Positions 30,401-42,764 of a stretch of DNA of 64,000 bases are shown piece by piece. This DNA comes from the human T2T-CHM13v2.0 reference genome, Homo sapiens, in the NCBI RefSeq assembly GCF_009914755.1, contig NC_060929.1. The stretch is one strand, 5' to 3'. A model generated the notes under the pieces. It was not told where the DNA came from, did not search any database, and saw only the letters and a list, made by a program, of their open reading frames with translations. Position 1 is the stretch's first letter; the number at the start of each line of letters is the position of its first letter. Position numbers and translations under genes: made by a program.

Positions 30401-33400
30401 GAAGTGTCTTTTAGCCATATCTCAACGGGGATAAATATGTATCCACTTTGCTCTCCCAGATCCTGTTCCTTGAACTCCATCAAACTAGGCAGATAGTTTT
30501 ACATTGGAGTGTACAAATTATCCCATGTTGACAGATGTTTGTCACTTAGTAACTTCTTTCCAAGTTTTTCCCCCTCCCCTAAGCTTTCTTTCCAGCTTGC
30601 TTTGTTGTTTTAAAATATGCATGTCTCTCACTGGAATGCCAGTCACGAGTGCAAACTTTGTGTCCAGCCTCCCACATGAAATGATCCTTTTAAAGGGAAC
30701 TCGATATGTCTCAATCTGCACTTCACTCAAAGCCTCTGGGTACGGGCCACTCACTCACTGGTCCTGGCTCCAAAATAACTCAGCAGAAACGAGTTTCCAA
30801 CTAAAAATCCCCTCGAATGTCTCCCAGGGAAGAAATATAGCTCCTATAATTAAAGGAGGCAACGGCCAGAGGGGGAGTGCAGCCGGCAGCCAAAAAAGAA
30901 AAGTAAGAGTTTTATTTATTTGCTGATTGAACTTGGGTTGTCATGACCAGCAGGTTTATCCACATTAGAAGTGCTGGAGGTTTGTACTATATGTGCACAG
31001 GAGGTAGAGGTGGGGAGAAAAGGAAGGAGAAGGAAAGTAGGAAGAATAACAGACCAGGCCAATTTTGAAGGAGAGAAAATGATCTCTGTGGGACAACGTA
31101 AATAAACTTCCTAGCACTGGATTTGACTAAAAACTTGTAGCTGAGGAATATGTGGAGAGGGGTTCAGAGGAGATGGGGGGTAATTATAGTAAACTCTTAG
31201 ATGTGGGGTATCATCAGGAAAAGGAGGACTCTGTTTTCCCCAGAAAAGTAATGTGACAGCAGGAAATTTATTAGCTGTGCTGTGTGTGGCGGTTAGGTAT
31301 GTGGGGGGTGGAATTATGGAGGGAGGCTCCAGAGAAAGGAAGAAGTTCCAGGACTCAAAGCAGAAGTGTCATGGAACCAGGAGCCCTCCACTCTCCTTGA
31401 CAAAAGTTGCCTAGGAGGTGTAGATGTGAAATCTCTAGAAGACATTATCTTTGCACCTTATTAGTTTCATCTATTTGAGCTGATTCTGGCATTAGAACCA
31501 CATATAAAATGAATCAGCGCACAGGATGAAGAACACCTCCCCACCTCTTGGGCCACCCTCCAAAAGGGGGTAGTAGTGATTATAAGCTTCAAAACACAAG
31601 GAGTACTCAGCCTGGGCAGCCCATTTCTATTAAAGAGGCAAAACTTTAGTACTGATGAAAAACAGATGATTTTTTTCTTCCTCTCTGAAACAGTTACTCT
31701 CTTTTACTGATGTGAAGTGACGTCAGCAATGCCTGCCCTATCCCCTTGGAGAGAGGGGAGAGAGGAGGAGGGTATGGAAGGAAGGAGCTGGGAGAAAGAG
31801 CAAGAGAAAAAGAGAAAGAGGAATTGACAGAAGAGGAAAAAGGGTGGTGGGGGGAGAGAATGAGAATGTATATCCTACACTTTGGGGGGCCAAAAATCCA
31901 CAAAGAGTGGGCAAAACAATGCTTTAGAAGCCTGTGATTGATAAGACACCTTTCCTTGCTCTCACCCGATCTACATATTCTAACATATGGAAAGCTTAGA
32001 GGCCCTGTGCACTTATAGAAGCCGATAATGCATTAGCTCTCAGCAATATTTACAGCACCACTCTTAATACACACCAGATGGTTCGCGACTGTGCCGCCTC
32101 AGCCAGCTCACTCCTCGATTTTACTCGGCGGCACTTTGTTGCAATTACGCTCCATGCTGAGACCAATTTTATTGGTGACCTATTTTTCATATTTGCAGCA
32201 TTTTATGTTAAAAACCTCCTCTCTGGCCTTTTTGTTAAGGGCAGCGCTCAGGAAGGGAGAGTTTAGGAGGACAGCGGTGCTGTGGGTCTGTCGAGGTGGA
32301 TATTAATATTTATCGTGATGTTACATACCTTGGGTTTAAGTGAGTAAACCGGATAGACATAAGTACTCCGGTCATTATGTTTGTTCACTAACCCCTGTTT
32401 GTCAGACCCCCACGGACTCTACACGGCGCGCTTGCCTCAGAGTCAATACATCGGACCATAAATATTGTATTCCATTAATTATCACCCCACTGGCTTATCC
32501 TGGGCGCCGGCGTCCTCGAGCGACGCAGGGCAAATGAGGACGCTTCCTGAGCATATTTCTAGGCTGGGAACCCCGCTGAAATTTCCGCGGTGCCTGGGAA
32601 TTCCTAGAGCCTGAGCGCCTGGCTCAACCCGGTCTGGGCCTGGGGCTGGCGTGCAGGGAAGGGGAGCTGGCGGGAGAAGGCCCGACGCCGCCAGGAGCAC
32701 TCGGTACCAGTTATCTTGCTACGCAGAAGGCCACTGGGAGAATCCCATTTGGCACGCCGGAAAAGGCTTTCAACTTTATCTCCCGCCATGTAAATAACCC
32801 CGAGTGCCTGACTGAGGGACTTTGTTTTGCACCGAACAATATAAATATTCTATTTGCTACAACGCAGGTGTGCTCTTCCTACCTAAACTCTCCCCTCCCT
32901 GCCTCGCTTATGGTAACTCTTTCTACCCACCCCCTCCCCTGGTTAAAAAAAAATCACAGATGTTTACTTTATTGATATAACCTATACCGTGGTTAGGCTG
33001 AGAATAATACGCCTCAACTAACAGTCATTTAGCAAATAATAGAGGCGTTCTGGATGCTTTCCAACGTTACACATGTACTTGGTCATAAAATGATACGTGA
33101 AAAAATTAACATCTGCTTTCCTAAAATAAAGTGTGCCAAGTAGCTTTTTATGAATTCTTTCCTCATTTTAAAAAGAAATATGGAGAGACAAACTAGCACC
33201 CAGATGTATAGCACATTTATAATGGTTTTAGAATTTAAAGGTAGCTATTCATTGCACAAGCCATTTAAAAACTGACGTTTTAAAAGCTACTTAACCCCAG
33301 ACATCTTCGAATCCTGAGGAGTCTTCCAAATTTTATTATTTAAAGAGGAATTTACTGTAATTTAATTGCGTATCAAGGCAGAACTATGTGCAAGTCGGGG

Positions 33401-33833
33401 CACTGCAGCCTCAGCTCAACAGAAATTCCATCTCGCCTTTTATTTACCTAATTTCTCAGCAAGGTTCCCAGGCCCTTAAGAAGGCCGAGCTGGAAAGTTT
33501 AGTTGGGCTCTTTTTTGTTGTTGTTTAATTCCACTATTAGGAAATGAGGCCTACCTTTGAATTATTTCATTATGATTTGGCCTTTTGGGGGAAGGGGTGG
33601 GAACTATAATCATTAGTGGCTTTTTATTATTTCTACAATAAATGGCTAGATTCTTTGTTGAATAAGCTGCTTGAATGTTTTGCAGATGTTCCACTTAGAC
33701 CAAATCTGACCCCCTATTTCCTCCCAAATAAGTCGCTTAAACTCTCCCTCCAGTCCATTTACTGGAGAACATCCTCCCTCAACCTAGCAAGTTGATAAGC
33801 CTAGGACATATTCTTATGAAATTTCACCTAACT

Positions 33834-33882
33834 GCACATGCACGCACACACACACACACCACACACACATTTACACACACAC
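33834..33882. repeat. Imperfect (CA)n
   Basis: Read directly. Confidence 0.85.
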
Positions 33883-33999
33883 TCCCACCCACTGAGCCTC
33901 TGAGCGTGGCAGAGGATAAGAGAAGAGAAAAAAAAAAGGCGAGGAACTGGTGAGGCGGAATGGAAAGGAGGAGGGAAGTCAGCCCAGTGGTTACACCCC

Positions 34000-34580
34000 T
34001 GTGCAGAGGCGCGCCCTCCACTGGCCCCCTTGCCCCACTTTGTGCCTTTGGTTTGAAACACTGGAGGTGGCCCAGGGCCGTTTTCCTCAAAGGACTGAGA
34101 ATCTTGATTTGCCAAGTGCTTGGGGCCTCCGCCCAAGGTGTTTGGGGGCTGCGTGGTGAGCCGAGGCAAAGCCAGGGTACCCCGATCGTCTTCCGGGCGC
34201 ATCCACCATGCGGCACCGCCCCAGCCACGGCGGCCGCGCGTGGAGACCCGGGGGCTTAACAAAGGGCTCCGCGGGGGCACGGGGGGGCGCGGCCACGTGA
34301 CAGGCCCGAGCGCGACGTCGCTGTCCAGCCGCGGGGAGGGGCGGCCAGCCCGGGGGGCCGTGGGGCTTCTTGACATAGAACGTCCGGGCCTCGGGCTGGC
34401 CGCGCCGGGCCGCGCTCCGCCGGGATGAGAAGTACTTGTCTGGCTCCGCGCTGGAGAAGCCGCACCTCTCATCTCTCCGGCTCTTACTTGAAAAAGCACT
34501 TGGAAGAAACTGTGTGTGCGCTGGGAGGGCCGCGGGGTGGGCCGGGGCCGGCTGCGAGGCTGAGGGGGGCCGGCTGGTGG
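34000..34580. promoter_or_regulatory. Orphan CpG island with a CTCF motif
   Basis: CpG-dense with no recognisable CDS. Confidence 0.7.
34011..34026 (-). promoter_or_regulatory. CTCF motif, reverse
   Basis: Reverse complement GGCCAGTGGAGGGCGC, close to GGCCA(C/G)(C/T)AG(A/G)GGGCGC. Confidence 0.5.
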
Positions 34581-34649
34581 GTGGATGGGGAGGAGGTTGA
34601 AGAAACAGCCCCTTTCTGAGTGACAGGACCCCTTTTCAAAGGGCAAACA

Positions 34650-34897
34650 GAAAAAAAAAAGAAGAAGAAGAAGAAGAAGCTCCTAATATGAATAGGAGAA
34701 TTTTCAATGTTTCGCAGTTACTCCACCTCCCCCCTTTTAAAGAGGGATATTTTTTCCTTTCCTTTTTTCCTATTTTTCTTTCTTTCCTTTCTGTCCTTAC
34801 CCTCCCTTCCTTTCCTTCCTTCCCTCCCTCCCTCCCTCCCTCCGTTCCTTCCTTCCTTCCTTCTTTCCTTCCTTCCTTCCCTTTTCTTTCTTTCTCT
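34650..34897. repeat. A-run and (GAA)n followed by a (CCTT)/(CCCT)n pyrimidine tract
   Basis: Read directly; explains the PSFL and ERKK pseudo-ORFs. Confidence 0.9.
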
Positions 34898-36312
34898 CAT
34901 TAGATTGGAATTGCGTGCACAAACGTGTTTTTATGTGTTTTCAGGAGAAAGAATGATTCATTAACTTTAAAAAATCTTCATGGGTTTGTCAGAATTATTG
35001 AAACATGTTATGGTGTTTTCGAGGACCCACTGACCAGAGTGGAAAGGCAACAGACGAGTCACGCTTTCAGACAGGGGGTTTTAAAGATGCTGGGTTTGTA
35101 GGGGCGAAAAAAGGGAATATCTTACGAAGTTCTCCCTCATTCCAATAACAAAACCTGTCACATCTTCACTTCTTACTAGAAAAGATAGTGTCCTCATTTC
35201 CTCATGTGAACAGCTCTAAAGTGATTACTGAATGTCTCTGTGAGAAATCAGGATGGGAGAGGAAAGCTCATCACATTCAGAGATTTTTTTTTAAGCCTGC
35301 CTTCATGTAATTTAACCTTAGAAACACTTTTATTATCCTCATTCTCAACCCCAGCTTTTTTTTTTTTAATTGGAGGGCCATGCCATATAGAGGAGAAAAC
35401 CTTCTTTTAAAAAAGATTTAAACCCACAGTACCACTTGTTTGTTGTTGTTGTTGTTATCATGATTATGATGGTTATTATGTCGTCCCCTCCTTTTTGCAC
35501 TTGATCTGATGAGAGAACTTTTTTTAAGAGTGTGAAATGAAGGACACAAAGACATATATCAATGAAAAGAAGAAAGTGGCCCTTTTAATGAGAACTAAAG
35601 AAAACCCAAATGTAGATGAAGTGTACCGTAAAAGCTGCTTCAAAGTCCATCTTAATTCCCTTGGGCTCAGTCATCACGAACGCGTGATAATTGGGAGTTC
35701 TGCACGGAGGTAAGGCCGCCATAGGGTGGGGAGTCCCGCAGATGCACCTCCCTGCCCTGTAATCCCAAATACATTTCAACCAAGAACTTGGAGATATTAC
35801 AGAACCCAGATTTGGCTACTCCACCTTCAAACGCTACCTGCCCATTAAAGACATTTTGTTTTCTTCCAGAGCAACTGTGCTCACTAGGGGAGCATCATCC
35901 TCTGTCCCACCCCACCTCACCCCCCAGCAGGCTGATATAGGCTGGACAATATTGTAAGGTTTTGATCATTATTTTGTGATCAACTCTGTTTAATTTTCTA
36001 TTTATTTTCGGACCTGAGCCTTTCTGGATCACAAAAGTCCCCACAAGTAACACAGCAATAAATCTGAACAAAAATAAGACAGATTTCCTTATCGATGTGT
36101 AATAAAGTTAAAGGACATTGTTTTGTCAGACAAGCGCTAAGTAGAAAATAAATCTCAGGGTCTGGGGAAACAAAACGGAGCGCTGCTGGCATGTGTGTAA
36201 ATTTACTTTTAAAAGCAATAAATCAATGTTAAATTAAACAGCTGGGTACCCTGTCTAGGAGAAGGTTCCGTGTTTAAGAAGACCTTGATGGGAGAAATGT
36301 ACTATTTAACAA

Positions 36313-36314
<2 letters not shown>

Positions 36315-36352
<38 letters not shown>
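36315..36352. repeat. (CA)19 microsatellite
   Basis: Read directly. Confidence 0.97.
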
Positions 36353-36354
<2 letters not shown>

Positions 36355-39300
36355 GTTAAATTTTTATTGGCATCCGGAGGCAAGACTGCCCTGGGAACTT
36401 TTCTTCTGAACTTCAGAGAGGGAGAGGGAAATAAGAGAGAGCATGAATTGTGTCTACTGTCCATCCTCAGATCTTTACACATATTTTCAGGCATAAGGAG
36501 AAAAGGAGGTTTTGTAGAAATGTATTAGATGTGTTCTAAATTGTGGGTTAAACTATGAAGTCTCTCTTTATTGGCTTAGGTTTGTTGGGTGGGTTGTGAT
36601 TTTTCTGAGATTTTTTTTTCCTGTAAGTTCTATGACCTGTGAGTGTGTTAAGCATACTCTTATCTCATGCTTCCTTTATTCTTAATGTGGTTGTTTTGCA
36701 CAGCAAATAGCACAGTAGAAAAATCAAGAGGACTGTTATTTCATATCTATTGTGCTTGTGTTCATTAAGTAGCAAACCTGAGATTGGAGTAGCATTTGAT
36801 ATTCAACAGGAATATTTTAATATTTCATTTTCTAATTTTTTTGTTTTTGTTTTTGTTGTTATTTTACAAAACTTCACTTCACTGGGAAAAAAATTGTGTG
36901 TGGGACATGGAGATGAGGAGAGAACAATAGAAAAGCCTAGCTCTGGCTCTGTATTCTAAGAACAATGTGAATCAATGAGCTACTATAGAGGCAATATTCA
37001 ATAGCAGGAAATTAAGAGTAGTTTAAGACTAGCATGTATATACACTGGATTATTTTCCAGCCTTAAAATGAAATTCCAGAAAGACTCTTTAGAAAGCACA
37101 CATATTATTGAGATGAACTCTCTCAGTCTTTTGAATTCAGATGGACTGGTTTAAAAGAAAAATATGGGGTACCTGCCTCTACAGAAACCAGCAGATTATT
37201 CTTTACTTTCTTCACATTGAAATTCCAGAAGCTTTATTTTGTAGTTACATTGTTAGCCCAGTTCCAAAGAATATTCATATAATTAGGTAACATTATTCAA
37301 ACTTTAAAATTATTTTTAAAAAGTGTTTCAACCCCACCCCCACCCCCTTCAAGCTACACACTAACAGGGTAGTTTTCTAGCTTTCTAGCTACCTTTGACT
37401 TTTCTTCAGCCAAAGAAAATATCAAAGACCCAGTTGCCTGGAGAAGAATAAAGTTACAGCATTTATATTTAGGAGGCAGCATTCCATTTCCATGACCATC
37501 AGTGGCTTGTTAAGTAAATATGTGTCTTATGCCACTCGGAGAGAGCTCAGATCGCCTGTCAGGAGGCGTCTGGGCAGCCTTGTAAACTCAGAGTGACTTC
37601 TCATATCGTGCTATGTTTTCCCAGCGATGCGCTTTCCTCTGCGCTGAAGCCCTGGGAATCATTTCAGCCCAAGGTGAGCCTTTCAGGCACTGCTCTTTGT
37701 CCCCATTTGGATAAGAAGGTGCAAAACTAGTTAGACACTAGGCTGATTTTGGGGAGGTGGTAGGAGGGGATGGAGAAGCGGCCTGTTCTAATTAAAGACA
37801 ATAAGCAATCCTGCGAGGAGCTGTCCTTTAGCCTTGGCTGGAGGCAGAAACGGTCTGTCTCACCTCAGTTGTTAGGTTTATTTGAGCTGGTCGGTGAGGC
37901 GAAGAGCAGAAACTTGCAGGTAGCTCTGGGCTCAGGTGAGACTGGGTGGATGGTTAAATCACAGCAAGTGATCTCGAAGTCCCCCTTTACCTCCCCATCC
38001 CCTGTCCTTCTGTGCTCTGTGCTTGACTCAGGCATACTTTGATTCTAACTTTGCTTGCTAGATGGCGCTCGGTGTCTCAGGACTTTCTGTTTCAGAATTA
38101 AAGCGGCTTTTTAGCACCGTTGTTCTGAACTATTTGTGGGCATTTGATCAGTACAGTGCTGGTAATGTTATTATTGCCCTTGTTTTCGTCACACTTTTTC
38201 TCTTTTTGATTAAGGTATCGTCCAGGTGGGAGCTGCCCATCTTAATCCATATAATAATGAAATTCAGGGAAACTCTGCACCTAAATTTAGGGCACATGTG
38301 TGGTTCAATTACCTGTTCTGGTGCACTTAAAAAGGCACCTTAGTAACTTTCCTCCAAGAATGTGATTGAGGTTTTCAAGAGGACAACTCAGCAGGTCCAG
38401 ATGGTGATTTACAATCGTCGAGGTTTCCCACTAGAGTCCACCACCCTCTCCCACCACTACTCCCCATTCTCACTCGAAGATGAATCAGGCTGATGTGGGG
38501 AACTTATTACTTTCATTTGTCATTATGAGATAGCATTAATTGATTGAAAAAGTATTATGATTTCTTTATAGCCCAAGTACTAAAAATTTATGTCTACAAA
38601 GAGATATATTTTAATATTAGTAATGAAAGTCACTACACAGCTTGTTTCACAAGAAGAATGATTTGTGGATTCTAATGTATATTTATTTCAATCACTAAAT
38701 GATTCTTCTCAGATATTCAAAACACTTTTGGAGGGATTCCTTTGTGTTGAAGCACGAAGAGAGAAAATCAGTAGTTCTAAATTTCTGGTGGAAAAAATTA
38801 AGATAAGCCAAAAAGACCTGAATATTGTTTTGTCGAATGAAGATGTCATTTTCACAGCACCCACTGCTCTCATACCATTGTCTGTTTTTTAAAGAAAGGA
38901 TTGCTGGTGAGGAAGGCAACGGTTGCAAATTAAAAATATCTCTTTATAACTTTAAACACTTTGACATGGGAGAGTTTAACTTGTTACTTGCTTTTAGGAT
39001 TTGGAAACTAATTTGTATAGAAATGTTCTACCTTTGGGGGAAATTAACAACACACAGAGCTCGGTGGTTTGGAAACCTTTTGTCAAACCTTGGCTGCTTT
39101 GGTGAAGAACCCCGCAAAGACTCTCTCTAGGTGTTAGGCTGAAACTAGCAGGCGCTGAAAACCTAAAGCAGAAAATTTACAACTTGATCAGCCCCAGCCA
39201 CACACCAAAAAACCTGCTACTGGTGCAAACATATGTTACAGATTAAGTTAAGCAAATGGCTCTCATTTTTTCAGGGTTGAAAGTTGATCATGAAAATTCA

Positions 39301-42300
39301 AATTTGAGTGCATTGTGCTTCTAATAGATCACTAGATCCTCAGATGCTTACAAATCCTCCCCAACCATTTACTCAAGAAATTTCATATATTTTATCACCT
39401 TCTTGAGATCCTAGCTTAGAATCTCATGCAAATTGACTCTAGTCGGGTATTATTTTCCAGGAACACATGTAGTTTTAAAAGTTGGCTAAGTTGAAAACTG
39501 GCTGTATTCTTCCCTCTAATGTTAAACTGCTAAATAGCTGAAGTGTAACTCAGTTGTTCTAATGCTTTCTCTGTTTCCTCGTATACCTACTAACTTTTAA
39601 AAGCAGAAATTAAACTGCAGAATTTATTTTAAAGTTTCATTTGCTGGAGAAGTAAGTGATTTTTTTCACAGCATGAGGCAAAATAAAGGAGTGTTACCAA
39701 AGCCTTTAATTATGTCAGGAAAGACTGAAATCATGGTATTTCTTTTAATGGGGATAACTATCTTTTGCAACCTCTCTGTGGTCATCCAGCCACCTCCCAA
39801 TTAAATTATTTGAAGACCAGCGTGGCTACTAAAATGCCTGGTAAAGAAGTTTAGAATTAACTCCCCACTCTCCAAGGTAACTCCCTTGCAAGTTGCAGAG
39901 GATGGAGCCAGGCATCCGACACCTGGGGTCCCTTCTTCCGTAATCGCGGGAGTTTGAAATCATCCCCCTTTACCTCTCCACATTCGAATGATCATCCTGC
40001 AGATTTTAACCGATATTGTCATGTTGAAGTTTGGTGGTTATTGTTTACATCTCTCCTTTCCCCAAGGGGTCTTGGTAAACGTTTAAGAGATTATTGATTT
40101 CCAAGAAACCAAATAAAGAAGGCTGTTCTTTTATAACATATGAAATACACACTTTTCTTTAACTAAATAGGCAGTGTATACTTGACATTGACAAATGGGC
40201 AAGAGACAAGGAAACTTATTTTAAAAGACTTTGAAGGGGAAAAAAATGGATACAACAGCAGCAATCCTATGGAATAGTAGGGTTTTAATTGAAACAAACG
40301 CTGGATAATAAGGAAAAAAATAGTAATCTATGCTGTAAAATGGTTTAGAGTTTTCACCGAACACACACAGATGGCGAACAAACATCACTGAAGATGCTCC
40401 TCTCAGGGGGACCTGATCAGTATCCTCAATGTTCTGATTTATTATAAAGAAAATGAGTTTCCCATGCTTCTTTTCTTCACAGTTTTCTCTGGCAAAAGTG
40501 GTTCTGAAATTTCTACTCAGGTCTGGGAGTTTCTGACGTACTTACAATAATCCAGAAAAGTCATTCTGAAACTGGATTAGGAGCATACTTTTTTAAAAAA
40601 AGTAAGAAATTCTTGATTAATGAAATGCAGATCTTAACTACCCCTTTCCTCCAAGTCATAAAGGAAATCCCTTGTGAAAGAAAGCGATTCCCAAAACCCA
40701 GACTGAGAGAGTAAACCTTAGGCACCCAGAAGTTCAATAAGCGCTGTCCCTTCCACCCCAAATCTCCACAACTCCCCTAGCCCCGACAGAGGAAAACCTC
40801 ACGTCCTTCTCTGCACCTGATTCCCTTTGCTTGCTCCTGAACTCCGGAAGGCTAGAACGAATTTATCCAAAGATGGAAGAAAGCTCAGCACCTGGAAGCT
40901 CCCCCAAAGGGTACTGGCCAAAGATATGCAAACATTATGTAGATATTTCAGTTGCGGGTTTAGATAGTGGGAGATGGATCCTAGTCTAGAATATTCGAGT
41001 CTTCAAGTCACTATTATTCAACAGGTCTTCGCTATGCTGCACACTTCAGATGCCAAACTGCATTAGCTAACGTGAGTTGTCCCCCGTTTTCGTAGGAGGG
41101 TCGTGTTGCTAGTTTAGTTTCCGGCATGGCCGAGTTTCTCTAGTAGCATGGATTTACCTTAGTATTTGGGCAAAATGACTCTTGAGATGGAAAAAATGAC
41201 CAAACTACGGGAAAAAAATTATCTTTGAGGAGAATTCAGCAGTGACTTTGCAGACTAAGAAAAGACAAAAAGTTTGTGCAAGCAGTGCTATGAGAAAGCA
41301 GTGTGTTGATGATGGCTGTTTCGAGAAAACAAACTAAATTGTTAACCCGTGAAGGAGTTAATAAAATATTTGTATGTCTTATGGGACATAAAAATAAAGT
41401 GTTTTGAAGCTAAACTTTTGCTTTAGTTTACTGAAAATTTTCCTTGCAATACTATGGCAAATAGATAATAATTTATCCTGAAATGTATTGTAGTTCATGT
41501 TACTATACAGAAGCAGTTTTCAAATAAATTTATTGAGGGCATTTTATAGGCAAGAAACCCATTAACTTAAGATATTAGTGTTCTCTCCCTTTTCACTTAT
41601 TCCTGACTCTTTCTAGCAAAGTTTGGATCAAGTTGGTTTGAAATTATTTTAGTACAATTGATATTTAATAGAAATTTGGTTTTGACCGTTTCACCTACTC
41701 TAAACCTAGTATTTTCGTCCCCAACAACGGTTCAAAAGAGTGGGTGACCAGAATGGGGTCCTGGTGGGAGGGAAGAGATTTCACTCAAAACCCAGCAAGT
41801 GAGAAGAGTTTCAATACAGCAAGGTGCAATTTGAAATTTACAAAAAACTAATCTTGTCTTAGGAGTGGCAACTTAAGTGTTGCTAGGGAGACCACGCAAT
41901 GAAAAAGATACCACAGGGAAGTGATCTTCCTTTATTGTACTTTGCTTAACGCGACGGCAAAAAGAAGAGAGCCAAACAGGGAGAGGTGCCGAAAAGCACA
42001 GCTTGGACTTAAGGTCTGCAAGCAGGAGAAGAGGTGATGGGTATTGAGCCAGACGCGTCCCCTTTTTGGTGCTGTCAAGTAAGTTGCCGTCAGGCTCTTT
42101 AGCGCGCGGCGGGCCGGGCGCCCGCAGCGGAGCCGCCTCTCTCCGGGAGGTAATTAACCAGTGCCTGGGCGCACCCGAGCCAGTCCGACAGCTCCAGCCA
42201 CTGGCAGAGCCGTGGGACCAAGGGCCGGACGGGTATGGACTTAGATCTTCTGGAATGCAGATCTCTCCAGACAGATTCAGAGCCCGGGAAGAATGTGCTC

Positions 42301-42743
42301 CCAGTACAGACCTCTTAAAGTGCAGTCATGTACAGCTTCTGCCAGCTATGGGTGGTGGTGAAAAGTTGGCCACAGAAAAGTCGGGGGTAAGGGGAAAGGG
42401 GAGGGAAGATCCCTGCCATAGAAATGACAAGAGTGGCGCTGCTTTCAGCTTAGACTAGATGCAAATTCAAGGAGACTCTCAGGCAAATGTTGTGTAAACT
42501 CTGGGCGCTGTAACACCGGCTTGGAGCAAGCAAGACTCTCCACCCACAAACTGCATATTCTTTAAAGTCACTGTCGCTTTAGGCTCAGATCTTAAGATTT
42601 CGGGAGCCAGTTTTCTGTGGCGGGGGAGTGGTCGGAGAGAGGAATCAGGCGAGGGCCAGAACGTTGGGGTTCTGGCCAAGGAAGGGGAGAGGGAAGGGGG
42701 CGGGTTGGGGGGGAGTGGGGGGGGGGGTGGGGCGCGCGCGCTG

Positions 42744-42764
42744 GGCGCTGTCCATGGTGCTGGG
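42744..42764 (-). promoter_or_regulatory. REST/NRSF RE1 (NRSE) element
   Basis: Reverse complement CCCAGCACCATGGACAGCGCC, 19/21 match to TTCAGCACCATGGACAGCGCC with the canonical 2-nt spacer. Confidence 0.75.

Noticed and set aside
30504-30926. 140-aa intergenic ORF with a donor-like AAA|GTAAGA near its end
   Set aside because: No domain or homology recognised, and the listed start is non-ATG. It could belong to a non-coding transcript; PhyloCSF or Ribo-seq would be needed.
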